Assembly: GCA_038733315.1 (NCBI GenBank)
Contig: JAVYPJ010000002.1
Location: forward strand, 13,943-77,942
Source: Candidatus Aenigmatarchaeota archaeon
Lineage (GTDB): Archaea > Aenigmatarchaeota > Aenigmatarchaeia > CG10238-14 > SpSt-28
DNA length: 64,000 nt
Reading direction: 5' to 3'
A program made the position numbers and the translations under genes. Below the pieces are notes generated by a model that was not told the origin of the DNA, made no database searches, and was given only the letters and a program-made list of their open reading frames with translations. Numbering within the stretch: the first letter of the stretch is position 1; each line of letters begins with the position of its first letter. Of this stretch, positions 50,203 to 58,603 are shown piece by piece.

Positions 50203-51077
50203 TTTATAAGAATGGAATTTCTATAGCTAATATATGTCTTTTGGACCCAGTAATTTCCGATTTAATTTCTTTCGTTTCTCATGCACATATAGATCACGCA
50301 CCATATTTAGTAGTTAAAAAACCTTTTGCCACAGCAGAAACTGTAGAGCTTATAAATGTAAGAGATAAACTCTTTATTGCAAATGTAGTTAAATATAATA
50401 GAAAGTATAAATTCGATTGTTTATCTTTTACATTTTTTGATTCGAAACATATTTTAGGCTCTGCAATGATTTACATAGAAATAGATGGCACATCTTTTTT
50501 ATATACTGGCGACATATGTACTAAGGATTTTAAAAAAGATGTAGAAGTTTTAATAATCGAATCTACATTTGGAAGCAAAGAATATGTTTTTCCAGATAGA
50601 GAGGAAGAAGTGAAGAGACTAATAAATTTTGTTAAGGAGAAAACTGAAATTCTAAACAAAAAATTAGAGATAGGGGCATATCCGTTAGGTAAAGCTCAAG
50701 AGATTATAAAAATTCTTAACGATTTTGGATTTATACCCTCGGCTACAAAAACAATAGAAAAATTCAATGAAATTTATAGAAAATTTGGAGTAAAGTTAGA
50801 AACTTGTGAAGATTCGAATATCTTAATAAGACCTATGAATAACGTTATTAACTCACCATTAGAAGGTTATTACCATGCTTTTTGTAGCGGGTGGGCTATA
50901 ACTAGGAAAATAAATGGTATAGAAGGTTTTGTTATTTCTGACCACCTAGACTTTAATGGCTTAATAGAGTTTGTAGAGAATGTTAATCCAAAAGAAATTT
51001 ATACATGCCACGGCTTTTCTGAAATTTTTGCAAACGAATTAAGGAAAAGAGGCTTTAATGCACAAAGCCTAGTTTAG
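50184..51077 (+). CDS. metallo-beta-lactamase fold (beta-CASP-like) nuclease
   Basis: SHAHIDH, HILGSA, YTGD, IESTFG, YPLGKAQE, SDHLD, TCHG. Confidence 0.88.
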   Translation: MEKKTIVYKNGISIANICLLDPVISDLISFVSHAHIDHAPYLVVKKPFATAETVELINVRDKLFIANVVKYNRKYKFDCLSFTFFDSKHILGSAMIYIEIDGTSFLYTGDICTKDFKKDVEVLIIESTFGSKEYVFPDREEEVKRLINFVKEKTEILNKKLEIGAYPLGKAQEIIKILNDFGFIPSATKTIEKFNEIYRKFGVKLETCEDSNILIRPMNNVINSPLEGYYHAFCSGWAITRKINGIEGFVISDHLDFNGLIEFVENVNPKEIYTCHGFSEIFANELRKRGFNAQSLV

Positions 51078-51088
51078 ACAATCATAGA

Positions 51089-51616
51089 CTATGGCAAAAA
51101 CTTTTTTCTCCACCTTTCTATCAGCTTTTCAGCTTCGGATTTTTCATTTTTGCTTTCACTAATCGTTTGATTTTGTGGTTTTTCAACTTTTTCTTCTTTA
51201 TTTTCTTTCACTTCAACCTTAATTGCTAACATTTTTTGCCATATTTGATTTAGCTCCGACTCACTTATATCTATTGGCTTATTTTGAAATATTGGAACAT
51301 CGTTTTCGCTATATATGGGATAAATTCTTATGTTAAAATGTTTTAGTGGAGATCTTATTATAGCTATTTGGACATCCATAGCTTCAAGAACATCTTTTAT
51401 ACCTTTTGATAGTTCAAAAGATTTTTTTAGACAATGAAAAGAGGTTTGTATATCAAAATCAAAGTTTTCATAGTGGAATCTCGGTACTAAAATTACCATT
51501 CCTTTCGTTACAGGCCTTATATCTAAAAAGGCAACACACTTTTCATCTTCGTAAATAGTATAAGAAGGAATTTCTTTTTTAACAATTTTACAAAATATAC
51601 ACTCTTGGGTTGTCAT
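51089..51616 (-). CDS. HIT family protein, degenerate histidine triad
   Basis: CIFCKIVKKEIPS..IYED...AFLDIRP; HxHxH replaced by HFNIR. Confidence 0.8.
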   Translation of the reverse strand: MTTQECIFCKIVKKEIPSYTIYEDEKCVAFLDIRPVTKGMVILVPRFHYENFDFDIQTSFHCLKKSFELSKGIKDVLEAMDVQIAIIRSPLKHFNIRIYPIYSENDVPIFQNKPIDISESELNQIWQKMLAIKVEVKENKEEKVEKPQNQTISESKNEKSEAEKLIERWRKKFLP

Positions 51617-51653
51617 AATTTTTTAATGTGTTGTATGAATATATTTGCTGTTT

Positions 51654-52178
51654 TTAATAAATAAATCCGCTTCTATATAATCTTCTTAGGACTTCTTTAC
51701 TAATAGCTCTTGCCTCTAATTCCTCTTCGGAATTATAATATTCTTTGAAACTGGCATATTCTGAACTACTTTTTTTAATCTTTTTTCTAAGATCTTGAAT
51801 ATAGTGAGTAAGCTCATGAGCAATGGTTTCTATTAGTTTTTTTGGATTATATAGAAGTTTTTTCAATACATATACAGATGCACTATAAACTTTTCCATAA
51901 GAATTCTTTAAACTTTCGTAAACACCAAGAGTTATTGTATTTTTATAAATGCTTGGTAAATAATCTACAAAATATAAATTTACTCTATCTAGAACATTTT
52001 TCGGTACTTCATAAATTTTTGAAATCTCTTGTTTTATAGATTCGAATATTTGTTTGATATATCTTTTGTTTTGAATCAAATTTACATACTCTGGAATTAT
52101 AATTATCCCCTCTCTAACTCTACTCAAGTTATCGTACAGCTCTTTTAATAATCTTTCAAATACAGATTTTTCTTTCAT
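51654..52178 (-). CDS. zincin-like metallopeptidase domain protein
   Basis: TIAHELTHYIQ...E.EAR. Confidence 0.7.
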   Translation of the reverse strand: MKEKSVFERLLKELYDNLSRVREGIIIIPEYVNLIQNKRYIKQIFESIKQEISKIYEVPKNVLDRVNLYFVDYLPSIYKNTITLGVYESLKNSYGKVYSASVYVLKKLLYNPKKLIETIAHELTHYIQDLRKKIKKSSSEYASFKEYYNSEEELEARAISKEVLRRLYRSGFIY

Positions 52179-52232
52179 AATACCCTTTAAATTTTAACGA
52201 TATATATTTAACTTCTTCTTAAATAATAATTT

Positions 52233-52706
52233 ATGAAAAGTAAAGGACAAGCTGCCTTAGAGTTCCTAATGACATACGGATGGGCAATAATGCTAGTAAT
52301 AGTAGTAGTAGGAGCACTATATGCAACAGGAATGCTTAAGCCATGTAGATGGGTAGGAGTACAAATAAGAGACTTTCCACCATCTCAGTTTGGTGTACAG
52401 CATATAGCAACAAATGCCACTCATATGGTAATAGAATTAACTAATAATAATCTAAGAAAAGTAAATATTACTAATGTTATTGCTGAGGTATACACCGATG
52501 GAAGCCGTCTTGATGAAAGTAAAGTTAATGTATCATTTGAAAGAGAAAAGATACCATTTGAATTAGAAGTCGGGGGAAAAGTAAAGACTTATATTAGTTT
52601 TGGCGAATTATCTTCAGGAACCTGTATTGATATTAAATTAGCAATTAATTATACTATTGATGAAGTACCTACTTCAGTAACGGGAAGAATATCTCATAGC
52701 GTTTAA
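52233..52706 (+). CDS. archaeal type IV pilin-like protein
   Basis: Class III signal KG/QAALEFLMTYGWAIMLVIVV. Confidence 0.88.
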   Translation: MKSKGQAALEFLMTYGWAIMLVIVVVGALYATGMLKPCRWVGVQIRDFPPSQFGVQHIATNATHMVIELTNNNLRKVNITNVIAEVYTDGSRLDESKVNVSFEREKIPFELEVGGKVKTYISFGELSSGTCIDIKLAINYTIDEVPTSVTGRISHSV

Positions 52707-52736
52707 TTACAAATCTTTTTTCTTCTTTTTTTCTTT

Positions 52737-52901
52737 TTAAACCAAAAGAATTCTTAATAAAAGAACTAGGGTTCCAATTAAAACGGAAATTATTATAATA
52801 TGTTCAGCCTTTATTTTAATCTTAGCTTCTGGTTCTTCCTCTAAGAACATTAATCCTCCGTATCCGCTTGGCATCATGTATTTTTTGGGTTTTTTAACCA
52901 T
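52737..52901 (-). CDS. secG: preprotein translocase subunit Sec61beta
   Basis: Manual translation MVKKPKKYMMPSGYGGLMFLEEE..AKIKIKAEHIIIISVLIG... (54 aa). Confidence 0.85.
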   Translation of the reverse strand: MVKKPKKYMMPSGYGGLMFLEEEPEAKIKIKAEHIIIISVLIGTLVLLLRILLV

Positions 52902-52929
52902 AACTAATAATAACAAAAATAATCTTTAT

Positions 52930-54204
52930 ATGGAGATTGTAAGAAGATATTATTCTAATCAAAGAATATTAGATTTTTTGGTTGAATTCGCAAAAGATAG
53001 AGAGGTAGTTGCTGTTTATAAAGACGGTAAATACGGTAAAAGACCAGATATTTTACAATACTCTGGAGATATAATCTCAAAAGTAGAAGAGGGTGCTATA
53101 GCTTTTCACTGTAGCGCAGAAAAGTGGAAAAATCCGATGCAGTTAAGGGCGGGTATGACAAAGAAAGAATATGACGAACTAAGATTAGCATGGGATTTAG
53201 TTATAGATATAGATGTTAAGGATTTTGAAATAGCAAAATTAACAACAAAAGTTATAGCAGAATTTTTAAAAAGATATCAAGTAAAAAATCTATTGATTAA
53301 GTTTACTGGCGGGGATAGTTTTCACATATTAATTCCATCTAAAAGCTTTCCACCTTTTTTTAACAAAATTCCAATATCTCTACAATATGAAGAGCTAAGC
53401 AAAAAGATAATAGAGTTTATAAAAATTTCTGTAGAAGAGGAGCTAAAAAAACTTATGTTAGAGTTTTTCAATCCAAAAGATCTAGTAGAAAAGTTAGGAA
53501 AAAGACTTAGCGAGATTTCTGAGATAAAGCCATTTAGCTTTATTAATATCGATATTTTTGGAGTAAGACATTTATTTAGAATGCCGTATTCGTTACATGA
53601 AAAGACATTATTAGTTAGTCTGCCAATAGATCCAAAAGAAATCTTAAATTTTAGAAAAAGTGATGCAAATCCTGAAAATGTTGATTTTAATGAAAGCTTA
53701 GTCAGTTTTAAGTATGAAAATGATGCAAAATATCTTTTATTAGAAGCTTTTGAAAGAGTTAAATTAGAAATAGAAAAGGAGATAGAATATTTAAAAGAAA
53801 AAATAGACATAAAAGGCAAGAAAAAAATTCCAATAGAATTTTTTCCACCGTGCATAAAAACGATTTTAAATGGTTTAGAGGATGGAAGAAATAGAAGTAT
53901 ATTCGTTTTAATAACATTTCTTAGGAATGCCGGATATGAATGGGATGAGATAGATAAAATATTACACGAATGGAATGAAAAAAACAAACCTCCGCTAAGA
54001 GAAGGTATTATAAGAACTCAGTTAAGATGGCATATGAGACAAGAAAGAGACTTATTACCTCCTAATTGTGACCACTCAACATTTTATAAGGATTATAATG
54101 TTTGTAAACCAGATGAATTTTGCAAAACTATAAGAAATCCTTTATCTTATGCTCTAAAAAAATACCTCCAATCTAAAAAATCCACAAAAAAAGAAAGCCC
54201 TTAA
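52930..54204 (+). CDS. fused DNA primase (PriS-PriL)
   Basis: N-half WDLVIDID, KFTGG.SFH, RHLFRMPYSLHEKT; C-half FPPCI..IL.GL.DGR, PPNC, CKPDEFC...NPL. Start moved to ATG 52930. Confidence 0.92.
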   Translation: MEIVRRYYSNQRILDFLVEFAKDREVVAVYKDGKYGKRPDILQYSGDIISKVEEGAIAFHCSAEKWKNPMQLRAGMTKKEYDELRLAWDLVIDIDVKDFEIAKLTTKVIAEFLKRYQVKNLLIKFTGGDSFHILIPSKSFPPFFNKIPISLQYEELSKKIIEFIKISVEEELKKLMLEFFNPKDLVEKLGKRLSEISEIKPFSFINIDIFGVRHLFRMPYSLHEKTLLVSLPIDPKEILNFRKSDANPENVDFNESLVSFKYENDAKYLLLEAFERVKLEIEKEIEYLKEKIDIKGKKKIPIEFFPPCIKTILNGLEDGRNRSIFVLITFLRNAGYEWDEIDKILHEWNEKNKPPLREGIIRTQLRWHMRQERDLLPPNCDHSTFYKDYNVCKPDEFCKTIRNPLSYALKKYLQSKKSTKKESP

Positions 54205-54235
54205 TAAATTAATTTTTTAGGATTTTCTAAATAGT

Positions 54236-54385
54236 ATGGAGATTGTAACAACAACAATACCTTTAAATGTTAACATATATTCAGCAGCAATAATTTTACT
54301 TATTTTGATTATAATTTTTCTGCTAATAATGACATTAAAGACTAGAAGAGAATTACTAAAGAGAAAATATATAGAAATGCCCTAA
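54236..54385 (+). CDS. small single-TM protein (49 aa)
   Basis: Manual translation MEIVTTTIPLNVNIYSAAIILLILIIIFLLIMTLKTRRELLKRKYIEMP. Confidence 0.5.
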   Translation: MEIVTTTIPLNVNIYSAAIILLILIIIFLLIMTLKTRRELLKRKYIEMP

Positions 54386-54388
54386 CCT

Positions 54389-54814
54389 TTAGCTAGAACT
54401 CTTATAAACCTCATAAGCAATTCTATCTAAAAAACTAATTCCTTTATTAGTTAGCTTTCTACCCCTTTTCTCTATTTTTTCTACGAATCCAGCATTTTCT
54501 AACTGTTGTAGAATAGTTCTAATAATCTTACCACCAGCTTTTCTAAACTTTTCTCTTTTTCTTTTATGCTGTTTTCTTTTTCCATAATAAGTCCTCAATC
54601 TTCTAACACCAATTTCACCATCTATATATAATCTTCTTAAAATACTAGCAGCTCTAATATACCAAAAATCTTCTTGCTCTGGAGGTCTTTCGTTCGCACT
54701 CGATGATTTTGCAAACAATACCCATTTAGGAGGTTTAATTATATCTATTTTTTTCAACTCTTCTTTAAGCCTTTCTACGAATTTCTGCGGATCTACATCA
54801 TAAACGTTTACCAT
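54389..54814 (-). CDS. rps19e: 30S ribosomal protein S19e
   Basis: VYDV, PKW, ERPP...WYIRAASILRRLY, IRTILQQLE. Confidence 0.96.
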   Translation of the reverse strand: MVNVYDVDPQKFVERLKEELKKIDIIKPPKWVLFAKSSSANERPPEQEDFWYIRAASILRRLYIDGEIGVRRLRTYYGKRKQHKRKREKFRKAGGKIIRTILQQLENAGFVEKIEKRGRKLTNKGISFLDRIAYEVYKSSS

Positions 54815-54850
54815 AAAGAATATTTTTTAAAAAATATAAAGATTAATTTT

Positions 54851-55054
54851 ATGTCAATAGAAGAGGTAAAACAAAAAATATTAGAAATATTAAAGGCAAG
54901 GAGCGTAATAAGTAAAAGAGAACTTAGCACGTTAATAGAGAATAGGGATGAATTAGAAAAAGCAATATACGAGCTAATTTCTAACAACTTCATATTTGAA
55001 ATTAATGTATTAGGTGGTAATTATTATGGAATTAAAAACTCCAAAAATAAATAA
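54851..55054 (+). CDS. small winged-helix-like protein
   Basis: QKILEILK...ISKRELS...LEKAIYELISNNFI pattern. Confidence 0.6.
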   Translation: MSIEEVKQKILEILKARSVISKRELSTLIENRDELEKAIYELISNNFIFEINVLGGNYYGIKNSKNK

Positions 55055-55214
55055 AGATCAAGCAATCGCAGTGCTATTTATAATTTTGATTTTTATAGTT
55101 TTTCTTTTAGACGCCTCCACAACCAAAGTAAATTTATGTAAAATAAACGGAAACAGTACCCATCAAAATTGTATAACGCTGCCAATAAAAATATTCCCAT
55201 TTTTAAAAGAGTGA
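55026..55214 (+). CDS. small single-TM protein
   Basis: Hydrophobic helix followed by a C-x9-C segment. Confidence 0.5.
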   Translation: MELKTPKINKDQAIAVLFIILIFIVFLLDASTTKVNLCKINGNSTHQNCITLPIKIFPFLKE

Positions 55215-55358
55215 GATTTTAAATTTTTTTATCACTATATGGTGGATTAGCTAATCTAAAAGAAATATTAGAAATATAACGATAAAAAAACTGAAATTTC
55301 TTTACAGCTATAAACTAAGCTTAAAATCTATATATCCACTTGGCGCATTTTAATAAAT

Positions 55359-55649
55359 ATGGAAAATAAAAGGAAGGATGAGCTAGAAAATGTACTAAAA
55401 ATTCTTTTAGTTTTGAAAAAAATAAATGGATGGATATGGCTAAGAGAATTAGCAAGGAGAACCAAATTACATCATAAAACCGTTTCTAGACTTTTATACA
55501 AATATTTTCAACCCTTTATAGAAGAGCAAAAACTTTTACCTTTTAGGGCAAGGCTTATAAGGCTAAAAGAAGATATTAACATAGAAAAGTTTATAGCTTT
55601 TTGGAAAATAAAAAAATTGCAAGAAATATATGATAAGAAGTTCAAATAA
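55359..55649 (+). CDS. helix-turn-helix DNA-binding protein
   Basis: WIWLRELARRTKLHHKTVSRLL. Confidence 0.75.
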   Translation: MENKRKDELENVLKILLVLKKINGWIWLRELARRTKLHHKTVSRLLYKYFQPFIEEQKLLPFRARLIRLKEDINIEKFIAFWKIKKLQEIYDKKFK

Positions 55650-55651
55650 TT

Positions 55652-56272
55652 ATGGGAGTTTTTGATAGTTTAAAAAAATTATTTAAAAGAAAATCTCAAC
55701 TGGAATTATTACAAGCTGAAGAAAAAAACGAGAGCGAAACTGTAGAAAGTGATGTAGAAACTCAAAAAATAGAAAACGATGCTAAGGAAATAGAAAGAGA
55801 GTTCTATAGTTATGAGCAGGTAATAGATAAAAATTTTGTATATGGGTATATTTTGAAAACTCTAAAATCCATTGAGGAATCTCTAAAAAGAATCGAGTAT
55901 AATATGATAACTAAGGATTGGGCTTCCTTAAATTTAACAGAAAAGAAGGATTTAGAAAATCTTATAAACAAGCTAAATGAAAAAATAGAATATACTAGGA
56001 TACTTTTACCTGCTTCAAGCGCTTTAAGCAGATCAAGCAATAGATTAAATGAAATTATAAGAAAAGCAGCTGAAATAATAAGAAGCAGAAAAGAAATTAG
56101 CTATGAAGATTTGGCCAAGGAGTTAGGAATTTCTAGTAGTTACTTAAGAGCCATAGCAAATTTAATAGAAATAAATAATAATGATATTAAGCGGATAATA
56201 AAAGACAAAAAAGGTTTTTTTGTTTGTGATTTTAGCAATACAGGTGAAAAAGATAAGAACGCAACTGCTTAA
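55652..56272 (+). CDS. amphipathic-helix / coiled-coil / C-terminal HTH protein
   Basis: MGVFDSLKKLFKRK N-terminus, acidic linker, heptads, ISYEDLAKELGISSSYLRAI HTH. Confidence 0.75.
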   Translation: MGVFDSLKKLFKRKSQLELLQAEEKNESETVESDVETQKIENDAKEIEREFYSYEQVIDKNFVYGYILKTLKSIEESLKRIEYNMITKDWASLNLTEKKDLENLINKLNEKIEYTRILLPASSALSRSSNRLNEIIRKAAEIIRSRKEISYEDLAKELGISSSYLRAIANLIEINNNDIKRIIKDKKGFFVCDFSNTGEKDKNATA

Positions 56273-56499
56273 GCTGCTCAAGCAATTCAAGCAGGTAAAT
56301 TAAGCTATTGGCCTTAGAGATCTGAACTGCTTAAGCTGCTTAAGCAGATTAATGCATATGATTAGATAAAAAAAATATCAGGATTGTGTTTTAGTGATCT
56401 GCTGCTTAAGCAGTTCAAGCAGTTGAATCAAAAGTGTTGATGATCTGCTGCTTGTGCTTACAAGCGCTTGAAGCGCTTCAAGCAGTTCAAGCAGTTGAA
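56262..56499. repeat. clusters of 9-bp-period TT(C/T)AAGCAG / CTGCTTAAG repeats
   Basis: Four clusters at 56262-56294, 56319-56347, 56395-56427 and 56441-56499; core palindrome CTGCTTAAGCAG. Confidence 0.9.
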
Positions 56500-57417
56500 A
56501 TTTTTAACATTTTTTGAGAATTCTGAAGTACTCTCGTTAAATATTTTAACTTCTCTGTTGTCACTAAATTATTTAAAAACCCTCACATTTATAGCATGGA
56601 CATTAGTTAGAATTTATAACATCTACTTTAAATCTGCCTTTATTTTTACTCTCTCACACTTCTGGCATTCGTTAATTAGGAGTGCTTTCATAACTCTCAC
56701 GCATTTATAAAATTTTGTATAAACTCTCACATTTCAGTTTTAATTTTTTAGTTTTTACCTTTCTCACATTTTTAAACTCTGGATTATATGGTATATCTTA
56801 ACCACTTTTTAGAGGTTATATAATTTTAAATCTCTCACATTCATGGCTTTAATTTGTTTAACTACTCATAAATAAATAGTAGATATCATTTTATCTATTT
56901 ATTAGTAATATTTTATTTAACGAAAAAAATGCATCATTATAGTATTTAAATTCGATTTTTTGGAAATATACACTTTTTTATATATATTTTTTTGTACTGG
57001 TCACTCTATAGTAGATACTAAATAGTAAATTTTTAGGTTGTTTTTTACAGATTTTTTAGTAAAAAACCTTCTTTAAACCTTTTTTATGCTGAAAAAACTT
57101 GATTTTTAGCAGATAAATCACAAAAAAATCTACGGATAGCCTAACGAAGGCAAAAAATACCCTAAAAAAATTTATAGCTGGCTTACTAGGCCAGTTATAA
57201 TTTTTGAAGTTTCGATTGTATGTGAGGGTTTTTAAATTTTTGTAGTCATTATTAGGTAGATAAAAATTTATTAGGTTTAAACTAGCTTAAATAAAGAAAA
57301 TTGTGTAGTTTGTTAAGCGGTTTTAAGCGGTTTGTAATGCAGTTGTTTTTAATGTCATATAGCCAGCTGGTGCATTTTATTATAGCTAAAATCTATAACT
57401 TTAAATTTTTAACAAAC
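56273..57417. other. putative replication origin / centromere-like locus
   Basis: Only long non-coding stretch in the window; iterons, inverted repeat, AT-rich core and phased A-tracts. Function is inferred. Confidence 0.55.
56571..57237. repeat. CTCAC(AT) iteron array and 18-bp inverted repeat bracketing an AT-rich core
   Basis: CTCAC at 56582, 56653, 56696, 56726, 56763, 56834; ATTTAAAAACCCTCACAT (56571-56588) inverted at 57220-57237. Confidence 0.85.
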
Positions 57418-58150
57418 TTAGCTGAGCTGAGACCTAATTTTAGAAGTCCGTATAAAGTTTTTTTCAAAACTCATCAGAATTTTTTGATAGTGTGGCGTCG
57501 CTTTTTTTATTAAATTTTCTAAACTTTTCGAGTCTTCAAGAATGAATAGCGAGGCATTATTAAGATGTTCTTTGTTAATCCATTTTCCGTATCCAAGCGA
57601 TAATAGTATTTTTTCTACCCACATTTTATACTTCTCTAATCTTCTATCTCTTTCAATAAGCTCTTTCTCTCTCGGATCTTTTGCAAAGGTATAAACTATT
57701 TTATCTTTATATTCCTTTAGTATTTTTTGGCAACCTTCATATATTCTCTCCATATGCCACTCGTTAGATACAATAGATATATAATGAATTTGTCCATATA
57801 TGCTGGAAAGTAGGTGCAACGTCATTTTAGTGTAATAGAGATTAGATAGGGTACTATATGACGCGTTTTCAATAATAATATCGCTTGGATGTATTCCTTT
57901 TTCTTCTAAATATGAGGATTTAATAAAAGAAATATTAGAAAAAATTAGCAATATAGGGAGCTTCGTTTTTTCCACAAGCTATTATTTTAATAATAATTTC
58001 TTTTTCCCCATATAACTTATTGCATAAGTCAGAAACCTTTAACTTCGTGAATAAATCAAAAGCCTTATCTGCTCTAGCTTTTGTATGTGGTTGTAAAGTT
58101 CCATCTGGATTTATTCCAGCACCATGGATTACTATTGCTGCAACTCCCAT
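57418..58150 (-). pseudogene. YdcF/DUF218 (SanA/ElyC-like) gene interrupted by a frameshift
   Basis: ORF 57935-58150 (AIVIHGAG...KARADKA..L...IIACG..EA) continues in ORF 57418-57975 (YLEEKGI....IIIENASYSTLSN...IVSNEWHMER). Confidence 0.72.
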
Positions 58151-58247
58151 AAACTATTATTAAAATATATAAGTAATAGTTAAAAATATCTTTATTAAGT
58201 AGTAAATTTTTTGTAAAAATTTATTTTATTTGGAGAAATGCTTATTT

Positions 58248-58535
58248 ATGAAATCTACTCTTTCTAAGATTATCGATTTACTTAAGGAAAGGGACTACTC
58301 CTTTTCTGAATTATTAGAAATCTTTGGAGAGCAAAATTTATCAAGAAAGGAACTAAAAGAAATTATTGATAGAATAGTTAAAATTTCTAAACACGCGTCT
58401 TGGAAGTTTTATTATAGTCCAGCAAAATGTAGAGAATGTGGTTATGAGGTTAAAAATTATAAACCTATAACTAAATGCCCTAAATGTAAAACCGAAAAAA
58501 TAAAAGATCCAAGATATATTATAAAAACAGAATAA
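58248..58535 (+). CDS. HTH plus zinc-ribbon transcriptional regulator
   Basis: KIIDLLKE...ELLE N-terminus; PAKCRECGY...KCPKCKTEKI..PRY. Confidence 0.8.
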   Translation: MKSTLSKIIDLLKERDYSFSELLEIFGEQNLSRKELKEIIDRIVKISKHASWKFYYSPAKCRECGYEVKNYKPITKCPKCKTEKIKDPRYIIKTE

Positions 58536-58603
58536 CTCTCTCACTGTAAATTTAATCAAAACAATGTAAAGGAAATTTTAATAAGGAATTTAAATATTAT
58601 TTT

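Noticed and set aside
53322-53987. 221-aa minus-strand ORF
   Set aside because: Antisense shadow of the primase gene (F/S/L-rich mirror of E/K codons).
56468-56710. 80-aa ORF (MKRFKQFKQLK...)
   Set aside because: TTG start, sequence is a translation of the DNA repeats, and composition is atypical.
56262-56870. CRISPR array
   Set aside because: Repeats are 5-20 bp, degenerate and irregularly spaced, with no constant repeat-spacer period and no cas genes in the window.
56273-57417. Canonical ORB-type origin
   Set aside because: No TCCA-N-TGGAA/G-string ORB boxes recognised and no orc1/cdc6 adjacent; kept only as a non-canonical candidate.
57301-57513. 70-aa ORF
   Set aside because: TTG start, overlaps the YdcF-like gene antisense, no motif.
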